Part shown: positions 23,660 to 40,529 of the stretch, in pieces
How the letters are laid out: every line of letters begins with the position of its first letter
How positions within the stretch are numbered: position 1 is the stretch's first letter
Assembly: GCA_964016885.1 (NCBI GenBank)
Contig: OZ024741.1
Span: forward strand, 83,018,001 to 83,082,000
DNA length: 64,000 bases
From: Eledone cirrhosa
Taxonomy: Eukaryota
Reading direction: 5' to 3'
Made by a program: the position numbers and the translations under genes
The notes under the pieces: model-generated
The model's input: only the letters and a program-made list of their open reading frames with translations
What the model was told of the DNA's origin: nothing
Database searches by the model: none

Positions 23660-25440
23660 TTACTGAATGCTGAATCTTATCGATTACTGCACCAGCTCCT
23701 GCAATTCCTGCACTTAATTTAGCCTCCTGACTTCCGTCATTTTTGAACACGACTCCGAGATACTTGAACATCTGCATCTCTTTCAGTGGAACTCCATTTA
23801 GTTGTAGAGTGCACTGCACTGCACTGGCTTCCTTGAGAGGTCGACTATCTCAGTTTTCGCAGCAATGATTTTCATTCCAGTCATGCAGCATCAAACTTAT
23901 GAATTGCACATCGGAGATCTTCTTCTGTCTAATTAAGTAACTCCATCTCGTCTGCAAATTTCAGCCAACTGATTTTACACCCGTCAGTCATGATACAACT
24001 TCCAACCCGGATGCGCATGTCAATCTGATTTTTGCAAATAAGGAACGGAAGAGTTGACAGTACGCACCGTTAGCGGAGTCCGACTCGCACAAGGAATGAT
24101 TTCAATTTAGCATCATTTATCCGAATAGAAATACTCAGACGTTCGTATAAAGACATCAGGGAAGTAAGAACCTGAACGTAGATCCAATACTCCTGCAGAA
24201 CCTTCAACAGCAGGTCCCAAGGAACGCGGTCAAGATCGACAAAACGAGAATACACCTCTGCAATACTCCCATGATTTCTCGAAACTTGGTCGGCTGTGCT
24301 GTATCCGGAGAGAAAACCGCACAGTTCATTACCTAGCTTGGACTCCAGTATCTCCCTCCATCTCTTTGCCAGACACTTTAGACTTTACCGGGGAAGCTTA
24401 ACAAGGAGATCCCTTTGTAACTGGAACAATTTCTGGAACAATTTCTCTTGTCTCCCTTTCAAAAAATTGGGATTGCCACTCCCAATTGCTATTGCTTAGA
24501 TGGCTTTCGATATATACAGGTATATACAGGCCACCAGGCACACATGATTCATCCAGAGAATACGTCCTCGATTTAAAGATTTTAACATCACGGGCCTGAT
24601 TTAATCTTCCTTAGAGGCCTTGCCACATTTTAGCTCATTACTGCTGTTGAGACCCCAGATTTGTCACTGCTCCCAGATGCACCTTGTACTAATCAGAAGT
24701 TACTTTTGTGATCGCGTTTAGGAGACCAGCAAACTATTCCTTCCACCTTGTGAGGAAGCATCTCTCTGAAGCAATGAGAATCCCAGAGGCGTTCTTAACA
24801 GCAGGTGTGGACGGGTGGTCTGCCAGAACATTATATTTGCTGATCTGAAATCGGATCCCAACTTAACACTAGAGTCCTCTCATGTTTTAAATTTGGACAC
24901 CTTTACTGCTTCTGCTGCGATTCAGAATTCACTAATCAGAAGGGAGTTCGGGTAAAATCCAATCTCACTAGAGTCAATTAGGTATTCGTGACAGCCCTTG
25001 CATATGCTAATTAATCTTGGGTAATCACGAAGAGAATATGATCGAGAATACAAGCGGCCGGCATGGGGTTCCTCCGAAGGGACTTTGTAGTAACGTTACT
25101 CGATAGAGTGTGTAATTTGGAGATCAGAGTGTCACTCCAGATAGAGCCACTACTTCTCCAAATTGAGAGATCACAGTTGCGATACTATCATTATGCTGTT
25201 GGCATGTCTCAGGGAAGAATCACCAGAGAGATTTTACGTGCAAAACCAACTGCTAGGAGACTTAGCGGTAGACCCCTAGCAATATGGTCAGATAACATCC
25301 ATTAGCTTGGCTGGTCACGTTTCAGCATCCAACCAGATCAATTGGAGACGGTTGCATCTGTCCTGACCAGCTGGACTGAGTGTTTGAGAACTCTGCCCCA
25401 CGACCGTGTCTTGATTAATTGGGCGAAAAAGAAAGAAGTG
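23660..25440. mobile_element. RTE-clade LINE with inverted 5' part (23660-~24870 on -, ~24910-25440 on +)
   Basis: Minus: YSRFVDLDRVPWDLL, VRVGLR, FADEM, FKYLG; plus: MGFLRR..VTLLDRVCNLEIRVSLQIEPLLLQIERSQLRY, ending in an A/G-rich tail. Confidence 0.8.
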
Positions 25441-26910
25441 TATATAGGACAATACAATCCTAGACATTTAGAAGTAAGTGATAGTCGTTTGAGTTAATAC
25501 TACATCGAATTAAACATCCGTACCTTCAAGCATGGTACTCATATGTAAATAATTTCGCGTTACTTTTATTTCTTAATGTTAATGTTTTTAGTAGCAAGTT
25601 ATAATTGATTAAGTAGACTCAAATACATTATAGTTATTTACTGTACTATTTTGGCACCGAAACCATGAAAATACCTATTGGTGACCCTTTATTGATTAGA
25701 ACCCAGAAAATTAATTCAGCTCTTTTCAAGTCATATAAATCAAATTTAAGATATTCTGTTGTATAGCTAACTTTTATAAGTATCTTCAGATCGTCTATTT
25801 CACTGGCATTACTTTTCATACCACCTTGGTTCTGTCTTTAATCGACTTACCAATCATATACAGAGCTCTTCACTCTAGCCAGTAGCAGTGAAAAATGTGC
25901 AATCAATAAACACGATAGTTGATAGTTATACTTGTGATGTAACTCAAGGCTATGAAGCTAATGTTTGAAGCATAATTGAAACAGAATAACAGACACACCA
26001 TAACCATAAACTGGATACCTTTACTTCTGATATTTCTTAGATTCTTTGCCTTTAAATATAGCTCGCAGAATATCCACAGGTATACGTTTTATATTCTTTG
26101 ATTTTGATTCATCTACGGCTCAATACATTTCTGCCTGTCAAATTCTAACAAATTCTTGAACATAAACATCAAACGTTCTGTTTAATATTCATGCAATCAT
26201 TATTGTTATTTATCTGAAACGTGGTTGGAAAATTTTCAGAGCCGGTAGAGGGCCTTACACAAAGCCTTCCTAGTATTTGCACACTTTCTTCTATATTATA
26301 TTCTACGTTCAAATCACAGTAGATTAAGCTTTCGTTTCGTTTCAACCTTTTTCAAATCAACGTACTAACTACTATATACGTACTTATATTGATTCAACTG
26401 ACATTTATGTTTCTTTCAAAACGTATCTTGTGTGTGGACGTATCTACATTCAGAGAAACCCTTGATAGCCAGTTGACAGGTTCCACCAGTATCAAATCGT
26501 TAGCTGAAGTTTTTGTCTCTATCACTCCTGGTGCCCTGAATAAGGTTTCGTGAACAAGGCCTTTCACCTTCGACTAAAATTGAACATTTTAATATAATTT
26601 ATATTGCATGACGGATTTAAGTTGGTCTTTCGTAGCTGGAAGAACAATTTCTAAGATCTGCAAATGATATTAAATATACATAAGGATACATAAGTTCACT
26701 GCAGTTTCAAAACCTCTACTGATAGATAATTACATTAATCAACATAAATTGCCCATAAATTGCTTGAAACTAAAGTGCAAGAACTATATCTAATATATGG
26801 TTATAAAAACACATAGTATCAGAGGAAAATGTCAGATCACTAAGAGGATTAGCCACAGTTGACACACACTTCATATATTCATTTTCTCGAGAATGCTTTA
26901 ATGTGCTTAT

Positions 26911-29472
<2,562 letters not shown>

Positions 29473-30593
29473 TTCTCTATGAAATAAGATCAATTATCAA
29501 ACTTGTGCAAAGAATAATATTGTGAACGAAACAATAACAGAATAATAATAAGAAGAAGTAAAGAAATAAACCAAAATCAAATAAAGAAAAAAAGCTTTAA
29601 AAATATACCATTCAGGTTTGTAAATACATTATTTAATGAATAATTCAGTAGAAAGGTGTACTAAAAGTAACGCTTCTCATGGAAATTTGATAGGTAGGTA
29701 CTTTGAACAGCTGAAGCTGAAATCAAAAACAGAATATAAAATATCAAAAATAAATCAAATGAATAAATGTAATAAAAATAATAAAAATATAAAAAAAAAA
29801 ATGTATCTAAATACTATAAAAAATAAATAAGGAAATCATTTAATTAAAAATGTTGCCGATACGTGTGATACAATAAGCTATAGCATTAAACACGAAGAGA
29901 AAATTATAAACGATCATATATTAATGTTTGTTTCATTTTGTATCTCCAATAAACGACTTTAGCTTTTAACGTTTTATTTTAATTCTCTTAATTTTGGCTT
30001 TATTTTATTTTTATTCTGTCAAGTATGACAAGTCTGCTTGACTGAATTAAAACATCTTATTTTCTGGAAGCCAGATATTGTTTTTTTTTTTTTTTTCAAA
30101 ATGGCGAGATGTGTTGATTAGTTAGGTCTAGTAAATCCATGGGAATTTTGTTGTGCTTCTTGAAGTCTGGGATTAATATATTTTGTTGATGTGATTAGAA
30201 GTAGAGGACCTTTCTGGTTTCTCGACGGCGTCTAGTTTTCAGGGAAAAGGAGCGAAAGCTAGGAGAAAATCGAAAGGAATGGGACATCTGATGATGGTGA
30301 TGGGGTTGTTGTAGTTGTTGTTGTTGGAGGTGTTGGTGGAGTCTGACGTGTTGATGGTGGTGTTATATTTTTACTGGTAAATCAAGATTGATGGGACAAT
30401 GAGAAAAAGGGTGTGTTTGCAGAACAGTCGCGCAGTACATTAAGTAACAACATATAACAGAGTTCGATGTGACAAATTTTAATGAAAAAGTGTTTTGTGT
30501 GAAATATGGTGACATGGAGACAAAGCCGAATTAATGCAATTGAGGTCGATTGTTAATACCATCGGAAGCAAAATTCATCACCATTATCATTAA

Positions 30594-33500
30594 CTAACAG
30601 ATGCACGCGGCGTTACCTGGCAATGAAATTGTTCCTTGTATAATAGAAGAAAACACCCAAATATTTTGTATAGAAATGTGTTATTCTAAATTTAATTTAT
30701 TCTTCAATTAGGATACATGATGAAATCAATTCTGAATTCATAATACATAAAAAATAAAATAATAATAATAGTAATAATAAACGAAAATACAAAATTTACC
30801 ACTTTTATGAAGGAAGATACATCCTATCAGATATGTTGAAGTTAATTACGTAAGAGCTTCTGGGAAAACAACATTCTGTGTTTTCTGGTTTGGAGCATAG
30901 ACACATAATTCTTCTAACTTACCCACCCGGGAGCAATCAACATAAAGTTGATCATGAGAAAAGCAAAGCGCAATTAAGTGCAAGCCAGTAGATTTCAAAG
31001 TCTGACCTTGAGCTTTATTAATAGACATTGCGAAGCAAAGTTGCATTGGGAATTGTGTTTGTTTGAACTCAAATGGCATGTCTGTTGGTTTGATTGGAAT
31101 TCTTGGAATGAAAACCTCTTCTCCAGAAGCACATCCAGTGACGATGGTAGTTTCTATCACATTAGGTGATAATGTCTTCACAATCAACTTTGTCCCATTG
31201 CATACTTTTGGAGGATCTAAATTTCTTAGAAGCATTATTGGGACTCCTACCTTCAAAAAAATGTTATGTGGAGGAGTTCCAAGTGGCTCAAGAGAATTAA
31301 GGAACTCTGTTGTGTAGTGGATAGCTTCATGTTCATCAAGGACTGAAGTAATTGATTTGAACTCATTAATGACTTATGGAATCTTCTTCATCAATTCATA
31401 GTTAATACTTGCTACTGTCTCATTTTTTAGAGCAAGAATTGCCCTTTCTCACAACCATTTATGTGAATTTAATTATTACTTAAGTCTGGAAATACCCTGT
31501 TCTTCAATTCAGCTGGGGAATTCACCAGGATAGCAATATGAGCCAAATTGGTCTCACCATTTCCATCAATTGGTACTTTCCCATTTCCTAATTGGAGGAG
31601 TCGGGTTGAAAACTATTCCTGCATATTGGTTCATATGTAATAAAGCTCACATGTTAGTATTGAAGGAGAATTTCTGTACTTGATTCCATAGGTGCGAAAG
31701 CTTAATGCAAGCTTTTATTTCATCAGCTTTTGTTCCTCTCGGAATGACTGCTAATGTCTGTCTGAAGTCCCCCCAACCCTCACATAACTAATCCCATAGA
31801 TTTATTGTTACCTCTTATATCCTGTAAGATCTCATCAAGAGCTTCCATTGTACCTCTATGTGACATGGTGAATGCATCCCAAACTATCTGGTAGCATTGG
31901 CGCAACACTTCTGCTGAACCTGAACATGTGTTTATGTTACAAATTAGACTGTTATTTGTGACTAGGTTTAACGGTAATTAAAAAGCAAAAGAAGCTATTC
32001 GTCCTTTTGGGAGAAGGGTGGCAGCAATGCCAGGCGATGCTACAGTAACTGCAATTCCTTTTCGTTGCCTTATCTTGGAGAGAAGCAATGCTGTTACACA
32101 TATTTTAGCTGTGCCACCAGGAGCATCAACAAAGGAAATTCCTTCGCTTTTTTCTCTGACTCACAAAATAATGTTATCATATGCACAGCGTTGTTTTGGA
32201 AGAAGTTTAGGTTTATGTTCATTCACAAATGTAGCCAACTCTGTGATGTCATAATTTGTCTCTCTTGCTATGTCACTAAATTGACGGTTTGTTTTGGCAG
32301 TCCAGAACCAGGCCCTTTGCTGATTTTTGCCTCCCATTGCTAAAACTTCATCCTCAGTTTCAATCAATACTTGGTTAAAAGATTTTTCAGAGAACTTAAT
32401 ATTGATATCTGGGTTTGCCTGTTGAAGTGCATACTTTAAGACATCACGATGTTTCATGTAAAGCTGTAGGGGACTGCCAAGTTGACACATGTTCAGCATA
32501 ATTGCAAAAATGTTACGGAGTTTCTTTGGAGAATCTGACACTGACCCTTCAGTCGATGCAGGGTCCCAATGCTCATTATTTTGTAAAACATCTTGTTTAT
32601 AGCATGCTTCCCTGTAAGTGTCACACACATGACAATTTACCCTCCTCAAATCTTAGAATGATTTGCGACCCACTACTTCATGCAAAAAGGGGCTGTAAGT
32701 AGTAGCATTCCTCTTGGCTTGGATGGACATTGTAAACTCTTGCAAGAGCATCAGCACACATTTCCTCTTATTTATTGTTTCTCCAGGTGTAATGCTTGAG
32801 TAATTCCAGGTAAATGAGTTTTCTTGCGTTTTCATCTTCTTGACACAACCTAAAAAAGTCAGTAAGGGAAGTTTCTTTCGGAGAAATTGCTTGTTGCAAG
32901 GCTGTTTGTTTTGTAAAGATAACCCTTTGGCCATTCTCTAGATGTACACTCAGATGAATGGTGGCTGGGTGCCTCTCATAAATGGGAAAATTGAAGAAGC
33001 GCCAAAACGCCTCATGGCTACTGATGTATACTTCTCTCTCATACTGTGCAACTTCGTCATTTTTATTTATCTGCTGACTGCCATGCTGCATAAGGGTGTA
33101 TGTGGCAGCATCTAAACCTTTGTTCATATATTCGCAAACATACTTAATAGACTAAAGAGAGTTCCAGAATTCAACATTGATATGGGCTTCGAAAGTTTTT
33201 GTAAGAAGGGGTCAGTAGGGTACAACCCACCGATTGTCAATTATGAATTCTTGCCCATTTCTCATTTTTTTTTTCGAAGTGAATCCACCATGCGCAGGTG
33301 TTCTTTACCTGTAAAGGGGGTAGCCACCTTCTCCTGTTTGGGTTTCTTGTAAAAAAGGACGTGGGTAGTTCTTGGTACACATATTATTCCTCATGCATGG
33401 GGAGGATGGATTAATTGAACTACAGGGCCCATGGATTATCTGGGACTTGACAATTTCGTGCAGCACAGGATCTTGCTATGGATCAGGTAGTTCAGCTGGG

Positions 33501-34899
33501 ATAAATAAATCAATATAATGTTTCATGTAACCAAATCAGAATGTGGCCATGTGGCAATCCTCGTTTTTACCATTCAATTGTGTACATGTCATATTTGATT
33601 ACCCAAAGACTTCACATTTTTGGTGGAGATCCATCAGCTTTATGACTTTAAGTTTGAACACCCTAGGTATAATATCATGGCGATCTTTGGGTTCTTGATG
33701 ATGATAAAGCTCACTCTTTATTTCATGCCATGTTGGGTTATATATGAATGTAGTGAAGAGGTCTGGGAGGTCATAGTATCTGACATATGTAAGTGCATCT
33801 TGGGTACGCTCGTGTGCATATACCGTGGACTTCCTGTAAAGCTTGGTGGAAGAACAACACAAAGCTGTCCAATGTTATCAGCATGCTTCTTCATTACTGA
33901 TTGCATCTGTCAGGTGAATGTAATCTGATGCACGGAGATCTTTCTGGTGTGTTCTAATGTAAAGAAACTTTTCTCCTTCAATGTTTGCAAACATATCAAC
34001 TGTAAATTGCTGGAAGAGCTCACGTGAACGATGAAGAATAGTGAACTCTTGCTCTCTTAATATGAGAGCAACTGTTTTCTCCTGGTATTTTCTGTGTAAT
34101 CTCTCGCTGACCTATTGTCTCAATGGCAAATCTGGCAGCTTGTCTTTATCTTGCATCGTTTAAGCATTTTTCTCTTTCCTTTTTTGATTCTTTGCTCCTG
34201 GGGATTGCATTTTGTTGACGTAATTGTTTTAACCGTTTTTCCCTTGCTTCTTGTGACTAATTGGCCCTGCTTGTAGCAGGTCCCCTCCGGTCGTTTCCAT
34301 GTCTTTGCTGTCGTTGAGTAGGGGTCTCTAGTGTCCTTACTCTGGCTACTTGTACTCGTCTTTGCTTCACTGTAGAATACTGATCATCTACATCTACCTC
34401 GTCTTCTCTTGTAGAGAGTGAGAACATTCTTTTCGGAAACTTTTTTGAAATTTAAAATGAGATTAAATGAAAAAATTACTGAAAGTTACGTGAATCACAA
34501 GGGTGTTTGAAATAAATGGCGATTGTGGAACGCCGCACGCGCGCTTGCACACACACATACACACATACATACACACCCACACATACACACATACACACGC
34601 ACGCAAGCGCACACACGCGTGCGCGCACAGACACGCACACACTCACACATGTTGATAGTTTTACTTTCTGTGGAACGTCGCACGCACAGACACACACGCA
34701 TGCACGTACACACACATGCACACATGTTAATAGTCATTGCTTTCCTTCCCCTCTTATTTCCACATACATCGCACACAGATGTATCGACACATATACATAT
34801 GCTATCAAACTCAGCGTCTTTCTCTCTCTCTCTCTCTCTCTCTTGTTCCAGCTTTCTTTCAACTCCTATACAACATACATACAGTATCAAACACACAAC

Positions 34900-34960
<61 letters not shown>

Positions 34961-35399
34961 CCTCTCTCTCTCTCTCTCCCACTCTCTCTCTCTCTCTCAC
35001 ACTCTCTCTCTATCTCACTGTCTTTCAACTTCTATAGAATCTTGTTTTCTCTTTGTCTTTCCTTCTCTCTTCTCTCTGTCTTTTTCTCATTCTGTGTTTT
35101 TCTCCCTCACACATATTCCCTCTCACTCTCTGTAACACTTTCTCTCTTTTAGTGTGTCTCTGTCTCTCTCTATCTATCTATCTATCTCTATCTATCTATC
35201 TCTCTTTCTAACTCACTCATACACTCACATTATTTACATTTTTCCCTCTATCGAAAAACGTTGTGATGAATGAGGAGAATGAGGATGAGAAGTAAAGAGC
35301 CACTCCTTCACTTTGCTTCTCCGTTTTTTCTCTCCCCTCTCACTCCCTCATTGCCATTAAGGACATACATACAAATACAGACATCTGCTAATATATAAC
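30594..35399 (-). mobile_element. Autonomous-type Helitron, decayed
   Basis: Rep-Hel remnants; 3' GC hairpin (GCCAGGTAACGCCGCGTGC) followed by TTAG|T at 30594, a degenerate CTAG; putative 5' end TGTTATATATTAG near 35399; internal (CA)n/(CT)n at 34540-35210. Confidence 0.8.
30846..34430 (-). pseudogene. Helitron Rep/Pif1-like helicase with many stops and frameshifts
   Basis: LPPSFTGSPRYM, PDLFTTF, IEW*KRGLPHGHILIW (HUH), KYVCEYMNKG, VHLENGQRV, DAPGGTAK (Walker A), KVGVPIMLLRNLDPPKVCNGT, FAMSINKAQGQT, FSHDQLYV. Confidence 0.95.
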
Positions 35400-35630
35400 A
35401 GCGGTGGAGGGATAGTGGGCGGGTAGAACCGGTAAATCGTCGCAAAACACATTTTGTGACATAGATTTACGTTCAAATAAGTTCTGATTTCAAATCCGAC
35501 GAGGTTAGCTTTACCCTTCATCCTTACGGGGTTGATAAAATAAAGTACCAGTAACGCACTGGGGTCAATTTAATCGACTTACCTCTCGCCTAAAATTCTT
35601 GGCCTGCTGGCTAAATCAGTAAAGATTATT
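35400..35630 (+). mobile_element. tRNA-derived SINE with Nin/Deu-like central domain
   Basis: TTCAAATCC B-box, CTTCATCCTTACGGGGTTGATAAAATAAAGTACCAG domain, ATT tail. Confidence 0.8.
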
Positions 35631-35739
35631 ATGAGAATCATCCTGATTACCACCATACTCATCAGCGTAACCATCATAATAATCATTGTTACATCAATAT
35701 TAATATTAATATTATTGTCATTAAAATTATTAATTTTAG

Positions 35740-38700
35740 TTTTATTGCGTTTCATCAATGCATTACCGAGTACGTCTGTATGTGGCTCGCATATGTGCAG
35801 TCTGGTTGTTTCTATTGTCTTGAGAGTACTATTAGTAATAGGTGTGCAGTGTCTAGTAGTGATATCTTCTGGATGTTACATAGGATTGTAAATTCTGAGG
35901 ATTTGGTTATGTATTTGACTGTATGTTGTTTTTAAATATTCCAAGATGATCCATTAATCTATTAGCTATCTGTTTTCATAATTTCCCTGAAAGATATATT
36001 GGAGACTGTGGGAATTAGTATGCCAAGTGAAGATTTTATTTCTTTGTGATCATTGAGCATAATATCTAGTCGGTAGACATTGGTCCCCCTGTTGATGTTT
36101 ATTGGCATATCTCAGAATATGGTACCTTTTTCCTTTTGTGACTGAACCATCTTTTTTCTATTGCTATTTCCTTGTTTTGGCTTAATTTCCATTGCATGTA
36201 AATCTCAACTATACCTTCTACGTGCATATATTCATTTGAGGCTAATCTAGACAAAGTGGCTAATTGTTTCTGCCACAACACTACATCATCTTCAATTACT
36301 GTTTTCTGCTTCATTATGTACTTCTGGCGGTTTTTGGTGCTTTTGTCTTGTGCTGTAATTAGAAATCTTCCAGTATTGGCATTTAGCTGGGCGCTTCATT
36401 GCCAGTTTTGTGAGGTTTGCTTGTCCACCTCCTCTTTTTTCAGATTTTTGGAGCATTGACTATATATGGATATTTTTACCATCGTTTTAGCTTGGCATTC
36501 TGGCGATATGTTTTCTAATTAGATTGTATCTGTCTCAACATGTATTTAGTTGTTTATCATTTGTTTTCATTCTCCTCATAGCTATCTCTCAATTTAGTTT
36601 CTGTTTATGCATTTATTGGGCTCTTTGAAGAGAGGAACCAATTTGTTTTCATGTTTCGTGGTTATTTTTATTAACTTTGTATTACAATTGATTAGATAAT
36701 TGTGTAAAACTAAAATGGTTATTTTGTAATACTTTTCTAGACATATGAGGCACCTTCCTCTTTGTGTTGATGGTAGGTTTAACCTTTTTACATCTAAATC
36801 TGAATAGAATATTCTAGATTCGGTCATTATTCTTGTTTGTTTTTGTTATTGTTTATTTGTTTTGTTCTGCTAGTTCTTTAAGTGTCAAGTTCTGAAGATT
36901 AAAACTATAGTTTATCACTTGGATTGATAAAGAATTGCATCTTATTACTCTATTTTTGGCGTATACTACTAACATAAGGAGTGATCTAATCCATCTACAT
37001 TATTCGTATTAACTTTGCCTTTCATCCTTACGAGGTCGATAAAATAAAGTACAAGTAATGTACTGAGTATTTACTGGCCTTGTGTCGAAAGTAGAAACAA
37101 TTATTCGTATATAATGTTTTCGTTTCCGTGTATGTGATGAAACCTGTCTAGATCATTGGTTCCTAAGTATTTGAATGATGTATGTTTACAATGTAGTTCT
37201 CTTGTCATAGTTTCTTTATCTAGGGCGATATCAGATTCTCACTGGGTTTCCTCTGTTTATGTTTGTTATGGCGCATTCTTTTGTATATCCATTTTGAAGT
37301 AGGGTTTCTAATTGTCTCTCATTTACAGCATACAGTGTTATATTGTCCGTATATAGGAGATGGTTAATCTTCTTGCTGTAGCATATATATATCTAAATCC
37401 ATCGTGTTTAGTAGCTCAAATGATGGTATTAGTGCTTGAGTAACCGTGAAATATCCTTCTTCTATTTATTGGGGTGGTCTCGGCTTTTCTTTTTCTCCCT
37501 ATCTGCAGAACTCTTTGCACCTTACTTATGATATGGCAGATAAATACTGTTATTTGCGTTAGATTTTTGATGGCTAGTGTGTTCAGTATCCATGTATGGG
37601 AAACACTGTCAAAATCCTTTCTGATACACAATTCATGCCATGCTGAAATGTTTTATTTCTATTTTATTCACTTTTTTGTTATGTCATTGTTGATAAATCG
37701 TTAATATTTACAGCCTGGCTGCGTTCTTTCTGCACGTCTGGAAACAGGTTGGTTTTTCCAGGTGCCAGTTCAATTTCCCCGATATTATTGCAGTTAAGTA
37801 TTTATAGGTTGTAGAAAGGCACGTTCTGTGTTTGCTGTGTTGTTATGGAGGAAGATGAGGCTGGTTCTCCCATTAGTGAGCCAACCATGTGTTATTTCTG
37901 ATTCCGTCATCATCTCATTAAACAGTGTTAAAAGTACACCATCTGTCTCGATTAGATATTTCAACCATAATTTTGAGATCTTTTCATATCACGGTACTTT
38001 CCATTTGTTTGATTTTATTGTCAGTGTCTTAGGCACTCCCTGTCTTGCGATGTCATCCCATAGTGTTTGTTGTTCTTATTAATCCTGTGCTTGGGGATTC
38101 TGCTGCCCACAATCCTCTCCAGAAATCATTCACTACTATTACTTTTGTTGATGCATTTCCGTCTATTTTCCTTTCTATAAGTTACTGGTAGATTCGTTTG
38201 GGGTTGGAATGAAATAGCTGGTTTTATACAAAACAGTTTTTAGCGTTTCTCATATCTGTAAATGCTTTGTGATTTTGCAAATATTTACTATGTGAGGCAT
38301 TCCTTTGTTTCAATGATTTCCTTTTCTGTTATATTTGTTTAATATTTTTGTTTCCTTTATTTCTTTCTAGTTGTGTCGTTTTGTTGCTGTTGTTGTTTTT
38401 TTGTGTTTTTATTTATGAATCAAATGACTTCTCTTTTATTTCCTATCTTGTTTGTATCTATGCTTGTGTGGGGTTTACTATTCTTGTTTATGTAGATCGA
38501 GGTGTGTTCTTTTGTGGATAGGGAAATCTTCTATTGGTTAGATTTCTTACAATATTTACATTTTTATCTTATTGTGGTCCTGAATTTCATCTTTAGGATT
38601 TCTCTTCCTTATATTTTCCTTCTCATAATTCCTTTCATTTGTATGTTTTGCTGTGCTCTTGTATCATGTTTTGCTGGTCAGTATTCAGTATATATTTATA

Positions 38701-39170
38701 GAGTTGGTCTGTGTTGTGTTTTCCTGGTTACTTTATCGGTTTTAGATATGATGGCTCTATCTTCTTTGATATGGTCATAACATTTTTATGTTCGATCGTT
38801 ATGTTGTGTTCGTCCACCGTGTATTTTCTCTTTTGGATGCTCTATTTCAATTTCTTATATATATTTCGTTTATAATAATTATGAGACCTCTTAGTTTTGT
38901 AAGCTTGTTGGAGTAAAGTTTTAACTCAGGCACTGGGTTATGTTTAAGACATATTTTATATGTTAACAGTAGAATTTTCATTTGTACGTTATATAGTTCT
39001 TTATTCTGTACGTGTTGAAACACATCTAGTTCACTCATTCCTTAATATATGTATTTCTATGTTTGATCGTATCTTAGTTTCTTTATCTAGCGTGATATCA
39101 GAAGTTTTCCTTAGTTTGTTGTTTTGTCTTAATATTTTTCTGTTTTGCCTTTGTATATTTTTCTAGTTCA
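35740..39170 (-). mobile_element. R4/Dong-type (RLE) non-LTR retrotransposon, heavily decayed
   Basis: KDFDSVSHTWIL, RRIFHG, HLLYTDNITLY, FKYLG, VKRLNLPSTQRGRCL, FLITAQD remnants; TAA-like tail near 35700; SINE fragment nested at 37008-37105. Confidence 0.7.
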
Positions 39171-40430
39171 ATTTCATGTTTATTTCGTTTGTGTCTAAGT
39201 ACTCTCTGCAGAAATATACCACAGTTTCGTTAATATGCAGATAACAGATCGTCCATGTAAAAGAGGGGGGATCCTTCCCTTGTCATAGCATTTATATCCA
39301 AATCCAGTTCTATTTTGTATCTCATATAATGGTGCCAATGATTTTGAAACGAGTAGTGGTGAAAGAGAATCCCCTTGAAATATCTGTCTGTTAATTAGGG
39401 TTATACGTACAACGATATTGTTTTCTGGATATGCATAAATGTTGGGTCATTATTGGTGGCACCTTTAATGCATACCATTTTCTATGTGCTACCTTCTTTA
39501 TGGCTAGTGTATTCACAAACCAAGTGAGGCGACCATGCCATTTTTCTGTTATGGCTATGTTGATTTAATAATTGATTTTTCCAACCATATCAGCCTTTGC
39601 ATCCTTCCGTCAGTTCTTCAGGAAAGATTGCTTTTCCAAGAGCATTGTATGTCTGTGTGATATTATTGCAGTTAAGGCACAGAAGCATGTCGTGGGTTTT
39701 GCTGTGTCACTATTCTTGGAGATCAAGGTGTCGTTTCTGGTTCCATCAATATCTTATTAAACATCTTTGCAAGTAAGTGTGTCAGTTAGATATTCCAGAA
39801 AGACGTTTCGATTTATCCATGTCACAGTGACTTCCAGTTGATTGCTTTTTTCAGTGTGTTAGACAATTCTTCTGTTGTGTTTTCTTCGCAGTTTTCTTCA
39901 CGGGCCGTGTTTGTTGTTGTTCCTATTCTTGTGCGTGGCAGTAACTCTGATCCCCCAAATCCCCCCTGAACTCTTCGACGTGTTTTATATTTTGGGCTTC
40001 ATGTACCCCAATTTTGTTTCTACAACATTCTTGGTAGCATCATTTTGGGATGTAGTGATATAGCTGGTTTTGTTCAAAGAGCTGTCGGCATTTTCCATAT
40101 CTTTGGATTCTTTCTACCATTCAAAGTATTTGTTGTTTTAAACATTCCTTAATTTTAATGGTTTCTTTTCTGTAACATTTCTAAATGTTTTTTTTATTTT
40201 CTCCTTTTTTCATAGTTATGTATTTTTTCCTATGTCATTTGTGTCATTTCCAATCATGTTTTATATCTTTGATTTCCATGTTTCCGTATTTTTATGTTTG
40301 ATGGTATGGGTCTATGTATGTACACACTTTTTCTAATAACAATTGTGGTTGCCCTATATATGATGTTGTTTAGCTTTGTGATACTAACGTTTCAGTTTAG
40401 GTTGAGTAAGTCTATGATGGCCGGGACTGG
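39170..40430 (-). mobile_element. Second decayed R4/Dong-type fragment
   Basis: RQIFQGDSL on the minus strand near 39370-39390; N-terminal-like region resembling 38850-38960. Confidence 0.55.
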
Positions 40431-40529
40431 AATTATAGTGGCTCCTGGGATGGGCGGTGAATAGGGCCGTGACACTCTGCTTGACGTCAGGTTTACAACG
40501 AGAGGGAGGTGGTCTAGGACTTGTTTGGA

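Noticed and set aside
25850-26213. Possible minus-strand exon (TTTCAG acceptor, GTAAG donor)
   Set aside because: Stops in the frames examined and no recognisable product
40418-40480. GC-rich stretch beginning GGCCGGG, considered as an HDV-like ribozyme
   Set aside because: No complementary P1 strand or nested pseudoknot found on either strand
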